From the NCBI RefSeq assembly GCF_964355755.1, contig NC_092680.1:372001-436000 (forward strand): a stretch of DNA of 64,000 nt, read 5' to 3'. Below, piece after piece: positions 50,001 to 63,436 of this stretch. How positions within the stretch are numbered: position 1 is the first letter of the stretch; every line of letters starts with the position of its first letter. The position numbers and the translations under genes are program-made. The notes beneath the pieces are model-generated. The model made no database searches. It was given only the letters and a program-made list of their open reading frames with translations, and was not told where the DNA came from. Origin of the DNA: Antedon mediterranea. Its lineage: Eukaryota; Animalia; Echinodermata.

Positions 50001-53000
50001 ATCTTTCTTTATTTGGTCTTCCATTGCATATATAATTTATTCAGAAATGCTACATATGCCTAGATGAAATTAATGTCCAACTCTTCGTCAATTTACAAGA
50101 GGTCCGTTTGGTTGTACCCTAATGAACTAAATAAAATTTGTGTTGGTTAAAGGAATAAAGAATTAAAAGTGTGCCACTTTTGAGTGTGTTTAGTTATTTT
50201 AGTTTTTTTAATTAAATTTGATTAGAATGTTCCAGATGAACTCAGTAACGAAGAGATAAAACAGCTTGTTCTGGCAAAGCACATTCAATCTTACAAAATG
50301 GAAGATATTTTGCAAGACCATGAACGAGGAGTGTTCATCCGTAGGGATATTCTGACAGACAAACTAAGCGATCATCTCTCATTGGAGCATCTTCCATTCA
50401 AAGGATATAACTATTCATTAGTGAGTACTACTTCCATCTTATTTATATAGAAGGCTCCCTTCATAATATTAAGCTCTGTCTACACTATCAAACTTTATGT
50501 AACAAAAATCATATTTAGAAATATCACTACCATATATTTGGGCACACTTTTTTGTCAAACTAGTTTGATAATGTAGATAGAGCTTAATTTTGTGTTTGCT
50601 TTTAACAGAATGCAAGTTATGTTCAAACAGCCTTACGTCTGAGGTACAGGCACGTCAAACATAAAATTATATGGATGTGTATGTTACTTCCGATGTGCGT
50701 CCACACGATTATTTTTTTGTTTTATTTTGATAAAATTTTAAATTGAAATAAATATTCTTTTATTGTTGTCAGGTACATGGAGCATGCTGTGAAAATGTAA
50801 TTGGTTATGTCCCCTTACCTGTCGGCATTGCTGGACCAATCACAGTAGATGGTAAACAGTATATGGTTCCTATGGCAACCACTGAAGGCACGCTTGTAGC
50901 TAGTACAAACCGAGGGTGTAGAGCCTTAAAGGTAAGATAAATATACTGATTTTTCTTGTTATTTACTCATATTTACCTTTGGAAGTTAATTTACTATTGC
51001 ATAGCGGAACATCAAATGATGTACAGTTAACATACTGGTTGTGATCGCTTCTACAATTGGCACTAGGCAGGGTTTTGCAGATGAAAACAGCTTTTTTCAA
51101 TCTAAGGCCTGCCTAGTTCTTTGTCAAAGCTGAAACTAAGGTAATAATACTGATTTTTCTTGTTATTTACTCATATTTACCTTTGGAAGTTACTTTACTA
51201 TTGCATAGCGGAACATCAAATGATGTACAGTTAACATACTGGTTGTGATCGCTTCCACAATTGGCACTAGGCAGGGTTTTGCAGATGAAAACAGCTTTTG
51301 TTATGTTTTATCTTAGGAGTCTGGAGGTGTGACTACTGTAGTGTATAGAGATGGCATGACGAGAGCACCAGTATTACAGCTTCCCTCCATACAACATGTT
51401 GCGTAAGTCATTATCATTTTAACAAGTCAACACCACCAAGAGACTGTAAAAGCGTTGTATCAATCTCACGCTTTACAAGCTAATCAGTGTTCAGATTCTG
51501 GCATTCCCCACACTAGTTTTTAGATTGAATAAATGTGTGAATGCCTTCTAGGCCTAAGTAGACAGGATTGCAGTCCCTATGTTTTAATACAAGGTGCATT
51601 ATATTTGTTTAAAAAATAATGATAATTAGTTGATACTGTAGTTTGTAGCCTAGTTTTGTATTTGGTAGGTCTTGGCCTTATTCCAATTTTTTTTAAACCT
51701 AGTAAATTGTTAATTATTTATTAGACATTATTTTTGTATTTAACAGCAAAGTTAAGAAATGGATAGACAATTGTGACAATTTCCAACAACTGAAGCAAGC
51801 GTTTGATTCAAGCAGTCGTTTTGCCAAGCTAACATCAATCCAGCCGTCAATAGCTGGACGCAACATATACCTGCGATTTGTATCCACTACTGGTGATGCT
51901 ATGGGTATGAATATGGTCTCTAAGGTACTGCTTTACTTTAGTTGTCTGCATTTCACAAACAAATTAATCTTTACACAGGAATGAAAATTTGTAAAATCTT
52001 GTTTAAAAGTTAGTTCCAGAACCTAAGAAATATAAATAGTAATTATCTTTTATTACAAAGATCACCTATAATTTGTCAAAGTGACGTGATAGTTATATAT
52101 TATTATATGATATTTTATGAATGTCCAGATGCTTTATATTCAAGTGTGTACTAATAGTATTTTATATTCAGGGAACAGAGAAATCATTGAAATTACTACA
52201 AGAGAATTTTCCTGAGCTAGAAGTCCTCAGCCTTAGTGGCAATCTGTGCACTGATAAGAAACCTGCAGCTGTTAACTGGATTGAGGGAAGAGGAAAATCT
52301 GTTACTTGTGAAGCTATTATTCCAGGAGATGTTGTCAAAAAGGTACATTTAATACACTTACTTTTCGAAAACATCCAGATAACCAACATTTACTTAAAAC
52401 TAGGTATTCAAATGCAAGCACACAGCAGATGAGTATCATTTTTGAATAACAAAATTTGAATAAGGGAGCCTGTATTATGAGACATCAACGCAATGTTTTG
52501 TAGTTAGGAATATTCCATTATTCTTTAAATCTTACAGTTTTCTCTAAATTTAAAACTGGACTGTCAAGCAATAAAAAGCCGTTTTTTCTGGGAACCAGAC
52601 TTAATTCTGATTAATGTTACTAAACATTTGTTTAATCCAGATATTTTTTTAGCAAAAAAACCTAAAGCATGTTTTATTCTTATGATAGATTCTGAAAACA
52701 TCTACATCAGCACTTGTGGATCTTAACACCAAAAAGAACCTGATAGGATCAGCCCTTGCTGGCACTCTTGGTGGTTGTAATGCACATGCTGCTAATGTTG
52801 TAACTGCTATCTTTGTAGCAACAGGACAGGTAATGTTAAATGTTTTATAGTTAAAATTTAACATAATTTAGCAGGTGATAGCAGTCTGCATAAATTGAAC
52901 ATCCAACAAGATTCATTAAAGAAAATAATAAAGAAATAAACCAATTGTACACATTTGATCAACTTGGTGGACTTTTTATGGCAAATAACATGCATGCAAT

Positions 53001-54378
53001 ATGTGATAATGTTTAGTTTATGGAACCCAACTAATATTAATTTAAGCTCTTTAAAAAAACTGATGATAAATATTTGAAAGGTAATTAGGGGTGGTACTTT
53101 AACATTAATAACAATTCAAATATTGTGGTTGGATGGCTTTTATTCTCACTTCCGTATCTACTACACATTATTCCGCTAGTACTCCCTCCATGGTCTCTCT
53201 CTTTTGGACGTTATGTCTTGCAGGAGGGTTACAGTACCTGTCAAATAGGGACCAACTATACTGTATAGAATTGAATAAATAATATACAATTTTGTTTATA
53301 AACACTACAGGATGTTGCTCAAAACATCGCAAGTTCCAACTGTTTAACAATGATGGAGAGTACAGGTAAGAATGGAGAAGATTTGTACATGAGCTGTACC
53401 ATGCCATCAATTGAAGTGGGTACAATTGGAGGAGGTACTGTACTACCAGCCCAACAGGCATGTCTTCAGGTGAGTCAGTGCGCACATTGTATAGCATTAA
53501 ATGATTGCTTGCTTTGATATCAAGTACATCTTTTTACTAAATCTAAAGACGTGGTTCGTGCTTTAAGATAGAATTGTTTTGATATTTGTTTTTTTGTTGA
53601 TGTTTTAACTTTGTATGGGACAAGCACCATTATTTCCACTTGTTGTATGGAGAAAATAAAGTTATCTTATCTTTTCAGTTTACAAATAATTCTAATGATC
53701 TATTCTTTCAGATGCTAGGTGTGAAAGGGCCATGTATAATTAAGCCAGGCCGCAATGCCTCTAAGCTGGCTAGCATTGTGTGTAGTACAGTGCTAGCTGG
53801 TGAGCTCTCACTCATGTCAGCACTAGCAGCAGGCCATCTTGTCAAAAGTCATATGAAACATAATAGGTATGAATGACATTTGTCATTTATCTGTCAATAT
53901 ATAATGTAATGGAGCTGTAGCTTGGTGGTTTGTGTGCTTGCCCTTTAATCTCAAGAACTAGGGTTCAATCCTGACCTGGTGCTAGGGTTCAATCCTGACC
54001 TGGTGCCAGGGTTGTAACTCTTTCAACTCCACTCCCTAAGCCTCAAATTAGACTTAGTTTATAAGCATGATAAATTATGAAATAGTTTATCCATCCTGTA
54101 ATTGGCGAGTTACTTGCTGTTGGATACGTATGAAATAAAATTGTTAAAAAAATTGCCAAAAATTGTGTCATCAAATAATACAAAAAGCAACAGTGTTTGT
54201 TAATAAATAATCTAATTTTTTTCCAAAATATTTTTTAATTTTTAGATCATCACAAAATATTACTAGTGGTAACGAAACAACAGATAATTTAAATCTGGCA
54301 AATAATGTGAAAACAGAAATAATTATGACTGGCACAAACCAAGAGGAGAAGATAGAAAATGAGGGTGGTGTTAGGTGA
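44062..54378 (+). CDS. HMGCR: 3-hydroxy-3-methylglutaryl-CoA reductase (class I, with sterol-sensing domain), 19 coding exons
   Basis: Exons 44062-44220, 44707-44818 (YIYF), 45021-45108, 45447-45531, 45795-45900, 45990-46096, 46790-46909, 48967-49115, 49256-49377, 49609-49856, 50226-50420, 50773-50931 (CENVIG, ATTEG), 51317-51402, 51747-51924 (DAMGMN), 52172-52342 (CTDKK), 52689-52829, 53311-53469, 53712-53866 (HMKHNR), 54246-54378 (TGA). A likely non-coding exon 1 ends at the donor near 43228. Confidence 0.96.
44288..44448. mobile_element. pogo/Tigger-like MITE
   Basis: TA|ccgtaaaatctc...gaggttttacag|TA; related fragments (aagcccacccaagagt) at ~33320-33445 and ~41545-41620. Confidence 0.7.
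46440..46722. repeat. 72-bp tandem repeat, about 4 copies, in an HMGCR intron
   Basis: Unit gtcaaattggtagatgcaactacatcagggccagcttcactagaagagtcccgacatagtatattactgact. Confidence 0.93.
46869..48854 (+). repeat. 62-bp tandem array, about 32 copies, built from an HMGCR exon end plus its 5' splice site
   Basis: Unit gtacagctaatcctgtactacagaaggtcaaactagttatg|gtgagtacatcaccttacctg; the first unit overlaps coding exon 46790-46909. Confidence 0.97.
50472..50584. mobile_element. Harbinger-type MITE family A copy
   Basis: tta|agctctgtctacactatcaaac...gtttgataatgtagatagagct|taa. Confidence 0.8.
53910..54140 (+). mobile_element. Degenerate tRNA-derived SINE in the last HMGCR intron
   Basis: A box gtagcttggtgg; the B-box segment ctagggttcaatcctgacctggtg is duplicated; the body ends near aataaa. 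Confidence 0.55.
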
Positions 54379-56547
54379 TGTTGTACCACTCACTAACCAG
54401 AAGAAGATCACTTATATCGTTGAATGCAATTGTCAATTCCATGTGATACGAAATCAACCAATCAAATAGCAAGGATATGTGACAATGACAATATTATTTT
54501 ATGTGATTTGTGCAATTACTCATTATTTTTAGAAAGATATTCCTAACAAACCAGCAAGAAATTACTGAAATAAGTAATGTATGAACGGTTAAAAAGTTCT
54601 GTGAGACGGTTTAAGGCCGACTTGGATTGAATTCATGTAGCTTCATACCATTTTTTAACTCTTCACTTTTTTCAAGATTTTTAATTACCAATACCTTTGA
54701 TACTGTATAACAGTAGTATTATTGATTTTAAATTAAAGGTGCTCTTAGTTTGTTTGGTAATTTATATCTTGTGTTTCAAATCTGATATAAAATAATTAGA
54801 CGAATAAAATGCTTGTATACAAATAAAAATTATGAAGCAGTTTTTATAATGTTGTCTGTAATTTACGGTTACATAAAGCAGAAAAATTCATTTTTGTTCA
54901 ACGGTGAGTGAGCAAGCACATAGGACAAGTTACGACTGTTCTAATATTTTCATCTTTCACTTATTTTAATATTATTTAATTATCGTGTTAAATCCAATAC
55001 AGTTTAGCAACAACTGCTTTTGAGAATTGAATTTGGGACTTTTATGTAAGGTCTAGTCCATGCCAGCTTATATAATATACAGTATACACAGTATACATAT
55101 AGTGTAGCATAGGTGAAATTACAGGACCCGTGGAATGCGCTATAGGTTTTTGTTAATTAGTATAACATAATGTATTGTATATGGTACATTTTTCAGTTCC
55201 TAAAAAAAAAATATAATTGTTATCCCCTTAGACGTATATTTTTTCTTTTTTCATAGCTGCTTTCAATAGTAATATAATATATAGGCCTTTCGCCAAGCAA
55301 TTTTATTTAAGCTCCTCCCCCTCCTCCTGCTTATGTTAATGATGTAGTCTGTACGATATGATTATGAGCAATCTGAGGGTTTCCATTTCATTATACTGTA
55401 TATCATATTTTAAAATCATCGATGAGCTAAAATTTAGAATTATTAATTCGAATAGCCTACGACGTGCGACAGGAAAAATAAAAATATTAATATAGGCCTA
55501 GTCGTCGATCATTATTATTTGCAATGTTCGGATGATGTTGACAATTTTGAGAAATGGAACAATCTATTTAATTTAAGGTTATTCAGAACGAACCGCGGCC
55601 TGAGTGATCTGTATTTATTCAAAACTCTACATATTTTTGTTCATAAGAATATTATAATTACTATTATATGAAAACAGAACTATAAAGTTAAAAAATAGTT
55701 TTAGATTTAGAAGATTGTTTGATTGTAATTAATGTTAAGCCTAACCCTTTTATACATATTGGAAGTGTCCGAAGCTATCGATTGATACAGGTTGTTTTGA
55801 TCGTCTGTGTGTGGTGGTATGTGACGTACTGCAGCAGCATCAACAATTCAACTTACTAGAGGCTAGAGACAGCAGCAATATTCGTGAAATCTGCTGTACA
55901 GATGACGTTGGCTGCATTCAAAAAGCATTGTAGTTCACAAAAATAATAATATTGCGTTGGATATTTATGTGGGAATATCATAGAGTGCTGAATCATCGGC
56001 ATTTGAGGTTTACGAACGACTTTTTAAACAAACCATCTGTCATCCTGCCGTCTAAAATAATGCTCTTTTCTCATGTGATGTGGTGACGGGAAGAGCAGGG
56101 TAAACCGGAAGAAGCACACACTGAACAACTGTGCTCCGTGGCTGTGTGTTAGGCCTAGTGTGTGGTGGAGAGAATACGCTAAAGCCGGCCATTTCATATT
56201 TACTTACTATAACGAAATACGTGTGTTTTGTAGGATTTCGTGTATTGTATAGCGAGGTTACTGTTACGTAACATATTACTACTAACACTAACAGATACAT
56301 ATCGACAAGTGAGCGTTGTTGTGTTGGGGGTGGTGGTGTGTTTTCTGTGTTTATTTTTATAGGCTCGCTCTCATCTCATCCCACATGTTGACAAAATGGA
56401 GTTTATCCTACTAGGCTAGGCCTAGCCTAGCCTGTGCTACTGCTAGCAGACTTACTTTGAACTTCTGCCTTACCCAGGTTTACCTGTCTGATTTATATTT
56501 GATGTTCATCTAGCCTAGGCCTACTATTATCTAGGATAGAAGTCATC

Positions 56548-59500
56548 ATGATTTATATAATCTTGAAAAATAGACCATCATGGCTAATGTTATTTATATT
56601 TTTGATGACAACAATGATGATAAGTTTGGAATGTCATGCACAACAAGGAAGAGCACCTTCAGAAATTAATAGAACGAGAGATGAAGTTGGTAAGAAAACA
56701 TGCTACTAGTACTACTACTAGGCCTACACTTGTTCGTATTTAGTAAAGTATTTATAAAGTTATCTTGTATTGTATGTAATTGTCTGATCTCATCTTCAGA
56801 TCTTTTTTTTATTGTATTATTGGTTATCCACACTTAATGAGAATTGTGATTGTATTTTTTTCAATTTTTTTTTTTCCAACCATATTCTTGCTTATTTCTA
56901 TGTCAATTTCGTTCGTCATCTTTCTCTGACTTTATTAACATTTTGTATACCTGTACATACACAGTTGTGCACCTGACTTTTTTTAATGATATCAAGATTT
57001 CGCAGCGTGACTTGTGTGCGATTTTATGAAATTCTATTATGATGAATAATTCTGCGCAGGGAAGCGTAACCAACAGAAATAACATAGCGCGACGAGCATA
57101 TTTTTGGAGGTCAAGGTACCTAAGATTAAGAATTGAAGTTCCTTACTTAATGATACGGACAGTCTTGTGGACAAACTTTTTTACTTTACAATATTCTTAA
57201 AAGATTAGCTTGCATCAATGTATGGTTTAAAATGTGACAAATTTATGTGATCGCCTAAAATCCAATGGAAAAAAGATGAAGGTAAAACACAGGGTATTAG
57301 CATAGGCACCGCAATAAAACGGTGTCTACAGTGTGCTTATTCTTTAACACACTGTCTTTTTTATAAAATAGGTTTGATCGTTTTGTAGACATAAAATAAT
57401 TTTTACTGTTTTGTTTGATAGTAAATTTTAAAATTAGCAGATTTTGTGATTGAATTCCAATTAATATTCCCAATTTATTCTGTATGTTGATTTGAATGTT
57501 TTTGAACTAAATATTTAAGAGCCAAAAATAAGCAAGAATGTTCGGCTTGTTTTCCAAACATTGCAGCTATACCAAAATATTATTTGACCTTTGTGTGCAG
57601 TGGGGGATCTGGGGTCATGTATTGAACTCACACCACTCAAGTGATCTATATCCAATTGTAAACAAGTTCAGAGTATACAGTACTTACAGGAGTGATTGCA
57701 AATTTACTGTTGTCAGAATTAATAAACAGTTTCCAACTGTGAAGTTAAGTTAACCAAAAAATACTATAAAGAGGAGTATTTAATACTTTTATGAAGTAAA
57801 TACAGGCTGCAGTTGATAAAATAATAAATAATAAAATGTGTGAAAAAACAAGGTCGTATTTCTGTTGCAACATGGTAACAGTAACACCTAATAATATTGG
57901 AGTGTATTTTGCCCCACCTTTACCAAGTTAACTAATTTCTAACTAAAATACAGAAGATGCTCCAAGTTGATCAGTACATCAATTTGTCATTTTGGTTGGT
58001 GGTCATGACAAATGATGACTGAATTATTCCAAAGTTTTGAATAATTTATGGGCATGTTGGAAGTTATATAAATAAATTATGAGGTTATTGTAGGAGTGTT
58101 GTGGTGCTCTTGGATAGTGGGTAATGTTTGTGAGGTGTGTCATGTGGTGCCTTTCAAGGTTTAAAGTAGGATAGGAATGTGGGCAATAATACCAGACAAT
58201 GCTGCCTCTCATGTTTATAGAGCAGAAGATGGAAACATCACTCGATCGGGAAGAATTGTCCGATTATGAATCTGAAAGGTAATCAATAGAATCAGGATAG
58301 GAAGCAGATATACTCATATATATTACAACCAATTTATTGAAGCACAATTTAGTGTTAAATTACAGTATTATATTTTTATAGTTATAGGTATTTATTCAGT
58401 ATCTAAATTTAGAATTTATTTGCGTACAGTAGTATGTGTTTGCAATTATTTAAGAGCTGATTTTCATATATTTAATGAAATTGATATTTAAATTGGGTTC
58501 TTTTATTAGCATTTGCTTCTTAAATTTTGAAATTTTCATCACACAAAGAAAATAAAAAAAGTTGTCATTGTCATCTATCTTGTGAAAAAAAAACTTTTGC
58601 GATTAATTTTGACCAATCATTGAATTTGTGTGTGTTGGTGTGTGTTTTATATGCTCCTTTATTCACACACGTGTGGGATGTTTTCGATATTCACCGTCAC
58701 AAACATATCATTATCAACACATTACGTCTTAAAATCTTTGAATAACTTTGACAGGAAGTGTTTAAAGCACAATACAGGAAACATTGAATTGATTATTGTC
58801 ATTTACCTTGCCGTATTCAGTCTTGAATTATTATCCCAATACCACAAAAAAAAAAAAAAGCAAATCGGTTACTGTAATAAATTTGTTAAATCCGGTTGAT
58901 TTTGTTAGGTCCTTTTTGCCATCCAATGGAGTCAAACTACTTTCACCAATTTGGTGAAGAGGACATTTTTTGGGTCAAATTGATCCCTTAATCGCTGCCA
59001 GCGACTTCGCGAACAAGCGTGAGCCTACTCTACAATAGTTGTACTACTTACTTATCATCAATAATGGCAATACATTTAAATATTCTAATGAGAAGACTTG
59101 GACTGAATTTGTAGTGTTAGTATTTTGAACAACAGCAGCTGCTGACTTATAAATCATAGTGATAGTGATCAGTGATACTGCTTGTTGTAGAAATAAAGTA
59201 TCCAAAATATTGTCACTTAAAAGTAGACCACTCAATACTTATATTAATTGATAATAAAGTACTGTGTTTTTATTTCATATTTTCCCATATTATTTTATTC
59301 AAGTAATACTCAGTTGAAATTGAAAAGCCTCAAACAAAGGGTTTGTTGTTGGTCAATAGACAATGATACATGTTTATGTGTATTTTGTTGTGATTGTGTG
59401 AACTTTTTTAGATATTCAGTCCACAAAATCTGTACAGAAAAGATGTAAATAAAGAAACAAAGATTTATACAATAACAATAGGCTGCCACTAGATAAAACA

Positions 59501-61489
59501 AAAGTATCCTGCTAGAGTTATTAATGCCACACATAACAGATGTGTAACAATAATATGTGGCCTAGTTCAGAACCAAAAATATGTATGCCGCTTTATTCAT
59601 AATGCGCCATAAGTCAGAACATACATACAGTACAGTACCCTTAGTTTTAAAAAGTGTATAAAAAGCCAAGACAAAACAGTTTGAATATTGATTTGGATAA
59701 AGCAATCAATATTCCTTGAGTGTATTCAACACAACACATCTCCCACTGTTAGAGCAGCAGCAGCATGTCAACATAAAGGGATTTCATTCAACTCAAGATA
59801 TTCTGGATTAACAAACATCTGTTTTAAGGATTAGCCTAGATGAATATTGATAAGAAAGGCTAAAATGCCAACTGTTTTAAAATTAAGTACATGGCCTTAA
59901 TTAGCACTCGGTATTAAATATTAATGTGCACATTAAATTGAAGAACATCTTTTTTTCTTTAATTGTTTATTTTTATGTGTATTGTATTGTAAGAAGTATT
60001 CAATATTTTCTTCAATCAATCCTTTTGAAACCGCCATATACCATGGAGTAATTAACTAATTATTAGTCCATGGATTATACTAAAAAAGTTTGTGTGTTAC
60101 AGATGGACACACAAATTTTTATTTATTTAGCAATTTTAAATAATAAGAGGGCCTACATAAATTTGTGTTTCTGTATGTTGTTAATCAGATGGTTAAATGC
60201 ATTTTTTTTGGAATTGTGTACTGTTTTACAGGATCATATAAAAACTGTTCCAGAAAGACCTTTTTAGCATGTGTAGTTGGTAAAGTAGTGTGAAGTACTG
60301 ATTGGGAAAGGGCCTAAAAGGGGGACAACCCATCCCTCTTAGACATTTAAGAAGAAAAGTACACTAGACTTTGTTGTCAGTAGGTTATTCTTTCCTGGTT
60401 TGTTATACCACTAATCTTCATTGTCTGGTATTGTTCCTTCCACAAAATCAAACAGACTCTTGTGGTTAATGACTTATTACAGCTGTATTTACCCATTTGT
60501 TAGTTGTGCTGTACTTTTTATAATCATGCAGTTTTCATGAAATAAATATAAAGAATTATAAAAATGTATTGTAATGCGCTTTATAATAGTATCGTTTCAA
60601 AGTACTGACTTTTCAATGAGAGAAAACTTTAGTAAGACAATTCGAGACACTTGCTATATGTTACAGTGGATACGGAGCTCAAAATGATGCTCTTGCCTTC
60701 AATACAGTATGTATTGTACAGTAGTGATAGTGTAGTGATTTTTGTAAACATTTTAAACTTTTTACAATTTTACATATTTTTATAACTTGTCTTATTTGTG
60801 CTATCCCCTTTTTTATTGCTTGTCATTTACATTGTGTGCTGAATTGTTCAACCTTTGACTGCCTTCAGTTTGTGTTTTTATATGAATAAATATACCTGAA
60901 TATATTATAAATACAAATTAAATTAGTACTACCTGTTTTATTTCAGCATGTACGTCCATAAATGTGAGGAATGATATATCGTATTTGGCTCGGTTTATCA
61001 ATTGTACTGTAGTTGAAGGCTATGTGCAGATTGTACTCATGGAAGATAATAGAGAGGAAGATGTTGACATCTACACACTTCCAAATCTCATTGAAATTAC
61101 CGATTACCTGTTATTGTATCGAGTGACAAAATTAAAAACACTTTCTAAACTGTTTCCTAACCTGGCAGTTATCAACGGACAGAATTTACTGTATCATTAC
61201 TCTTTGATTATTTTTGATATGTTTGATTTGGAAGAGGTTGGACTACAGAGTTTAGTAAATATAAAACGTGGTGCCGTACGTATAGAAAAGAACCCAGTAC
61301 TTTGTTACATTGACACGATTGAGTGGAGTCTGATCAGCGAGGAACACAAGGAGAACAGCTTTTTTGGCTTCAACAAAGACCAAGGATTATGTTTTAATAA
61401 CTGTCCAGATCCAGCTGGAACATGTTCAAGGACGTTGGCTAATGGACAGACCAAGCAACTCTGCTGGAATGATGAAAGTTGTCAGAAAG
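56548..61489 (+). CDS. INSR: Insulin/IGF-like peptide receptor, first two coding exons (3'-partial)
   Basis: Signal-peptide exon 56548-56689 (MIYIILKNRPSWLMLFIFLMTTMMISLECHA..., phase 1) joins exon 60947-61489, the L1 domain (CTSINVRND...NCTVVEGYVQI...LPNLIEITDYLLLYRV...LFPNLAVING...GAVRIEKNPVLCYIDTIEW) and the start of the furin-like Cys-rich region. The gene continues beyond the window; the symbol denotes the INSR/IGF1R family. Confidence 0.9.
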
Positions 61490-62338
61490 GTAGGCATCTT
61501 TTAATTCCAAACTTATGAATGAAAAAGGTTTATAGCAAATAACTTGATTTCGCAAGGAACTTCATTGCACAATGCATGATGGGAAGCGTTTGGGTGGGAA
61601 ATGTCATGACACGCACACACAAACAACAAATCACGTCCATATGTCCAAAATCCTTCCCACCATGCATCGCAAAAGCTCTATTTGCGATACCTTATGAAGG
61701 AATATGCTGCGTCCTCGGCATTTATTATTCAGATGCATTTTTGTACAGTAAAAATGTGTTTTTTGTACATTACTGTACATCCTCAACAATTAAACATCAA
61801 ACGCATGAAAGTCAATCAAAATAACAAGCATTCACAAATTAATAATGCAATATTGGTTTTTAAACATTGAAACCAAATTTAAATACATCAAATTATTCAT
61901 ACAGTATCATTTAGTATTAAATTATATACCTTTCAATTTCATATAATAAAAAATATTTTGTTTAAATAATATAAAAAATCTAACTTGAATCAGTAGTGCA
62001 TGATGTTCTAAGAATAAAAGTAAATTTTGTTCGAAAAAAAATGTTACAATTCACAGATGTCAAGATTTACAGTTTTTTTTTGACATTTATTATAAGATAA
62101 TAAATAAATTTGACATTCAAACATTAGTTTTGTTATGTATGTGATTTAAGTGTTTTCCAAGAACAAGAGAACCCTGATGTCACACAGTAATCACTCTGTT
62201 CTTGGTATTCTTTGATTCTGATTCTAGAAACAAGCCAACAAGGCATGCAGTTGTGTTTCAAAGCCAGGTTCATAAATTATGAAGGGAGAATAAAACTGGG
62301 TCAAAGTTCAAATCCTTATCTTTTACTGTATAATTTAA

Positions 62339-62640
62339 CATTACACAGTTAATTTTAAATACTCATCTTTACTGATTGATTCGACATTACACAGTTAATT
62401 TTAAATACTCATCTTTACTGATTGATTCGACATTACACAGTTAATTTTAAATACTCATCTTTACTGATTGATTCGACATTACACAGTTAATTTTAAATAC
62501 TCATCTTTACTGATTGATTCGACATTACACAGTTAATTTTAAATCCTCATCTTTACTGATTGATTCGACATTACACAGTTAATTTTAAATCCTCATCTTT
62601 ACTGATTGATTCGACATTACACAGTTAATTTTAAATTCTC
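62339..62640. repeat. 46-bp tandem repeat, about 6.5 copies
   Basis: Unit acattacacagttaattttaaatactcatctttactgattgattcg. Confidence 0.95.
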
Positions 62641-63436
62641 GTCTTTTACTGTATGATTCAACATAGTTAATTAAAATCCTCATCTTTTACTGTATGATTC
62701 AACACACAGATTATTAACTTACATTTTTTACCGTTTAAAGATGAAAAAATATTGCAATAAGCGTATGTTATTTAAATTTTACATAAAATGCAGTTTTACA
62801 TTAAATCGACAAAACATAGGGAATATGGCTTTAAAACTTTAAATATGGTCACATACCCTTTATAAACTATCATCAAGTATACTAACTTTAAATATGGTGA
62901 CTACGATTTAGGCAAAACGGCACCTAAAAAATGAGAAAAGGGTACTGTATATTAACCATAAATATCAATTAATTTGGTAATAATACCATGAAACATGGTC
63001 ATGCACCCTACAGTTGATAAACTCTAATATCAATAATGTTGGTGTGTATCATGCTTATCCCATGTGGTGTCTCACCATATTGGCAAAAATGACGCCAAAA
63101 ACAGTAATTAATACTTCGAAAACGAAGGAAAATGAAACACAGTGAGATCATTCATAACTGAAGAAATATGGGGATTTACCTTTACAGTAGAAGACCACTG
63201 ATTATGATTAATAAAACCAATCAACAAAATCATCTTGATTCTAATGAATAAGTCTGAAATATCATTGTTTTATTAATTAAATACCTTATCTTAGTCTTAT
63301 TTACATCAGGGAGTTAAAAAAACACTGATATTTTATACACCGGTGCAACTTAATAATAATATTTATTGGTTATTCTCCTTTAAAATGGAGGAACACTCTC
63401 GTAACAAGAGGTTTGACCCATAAACTGTTTACAAAA

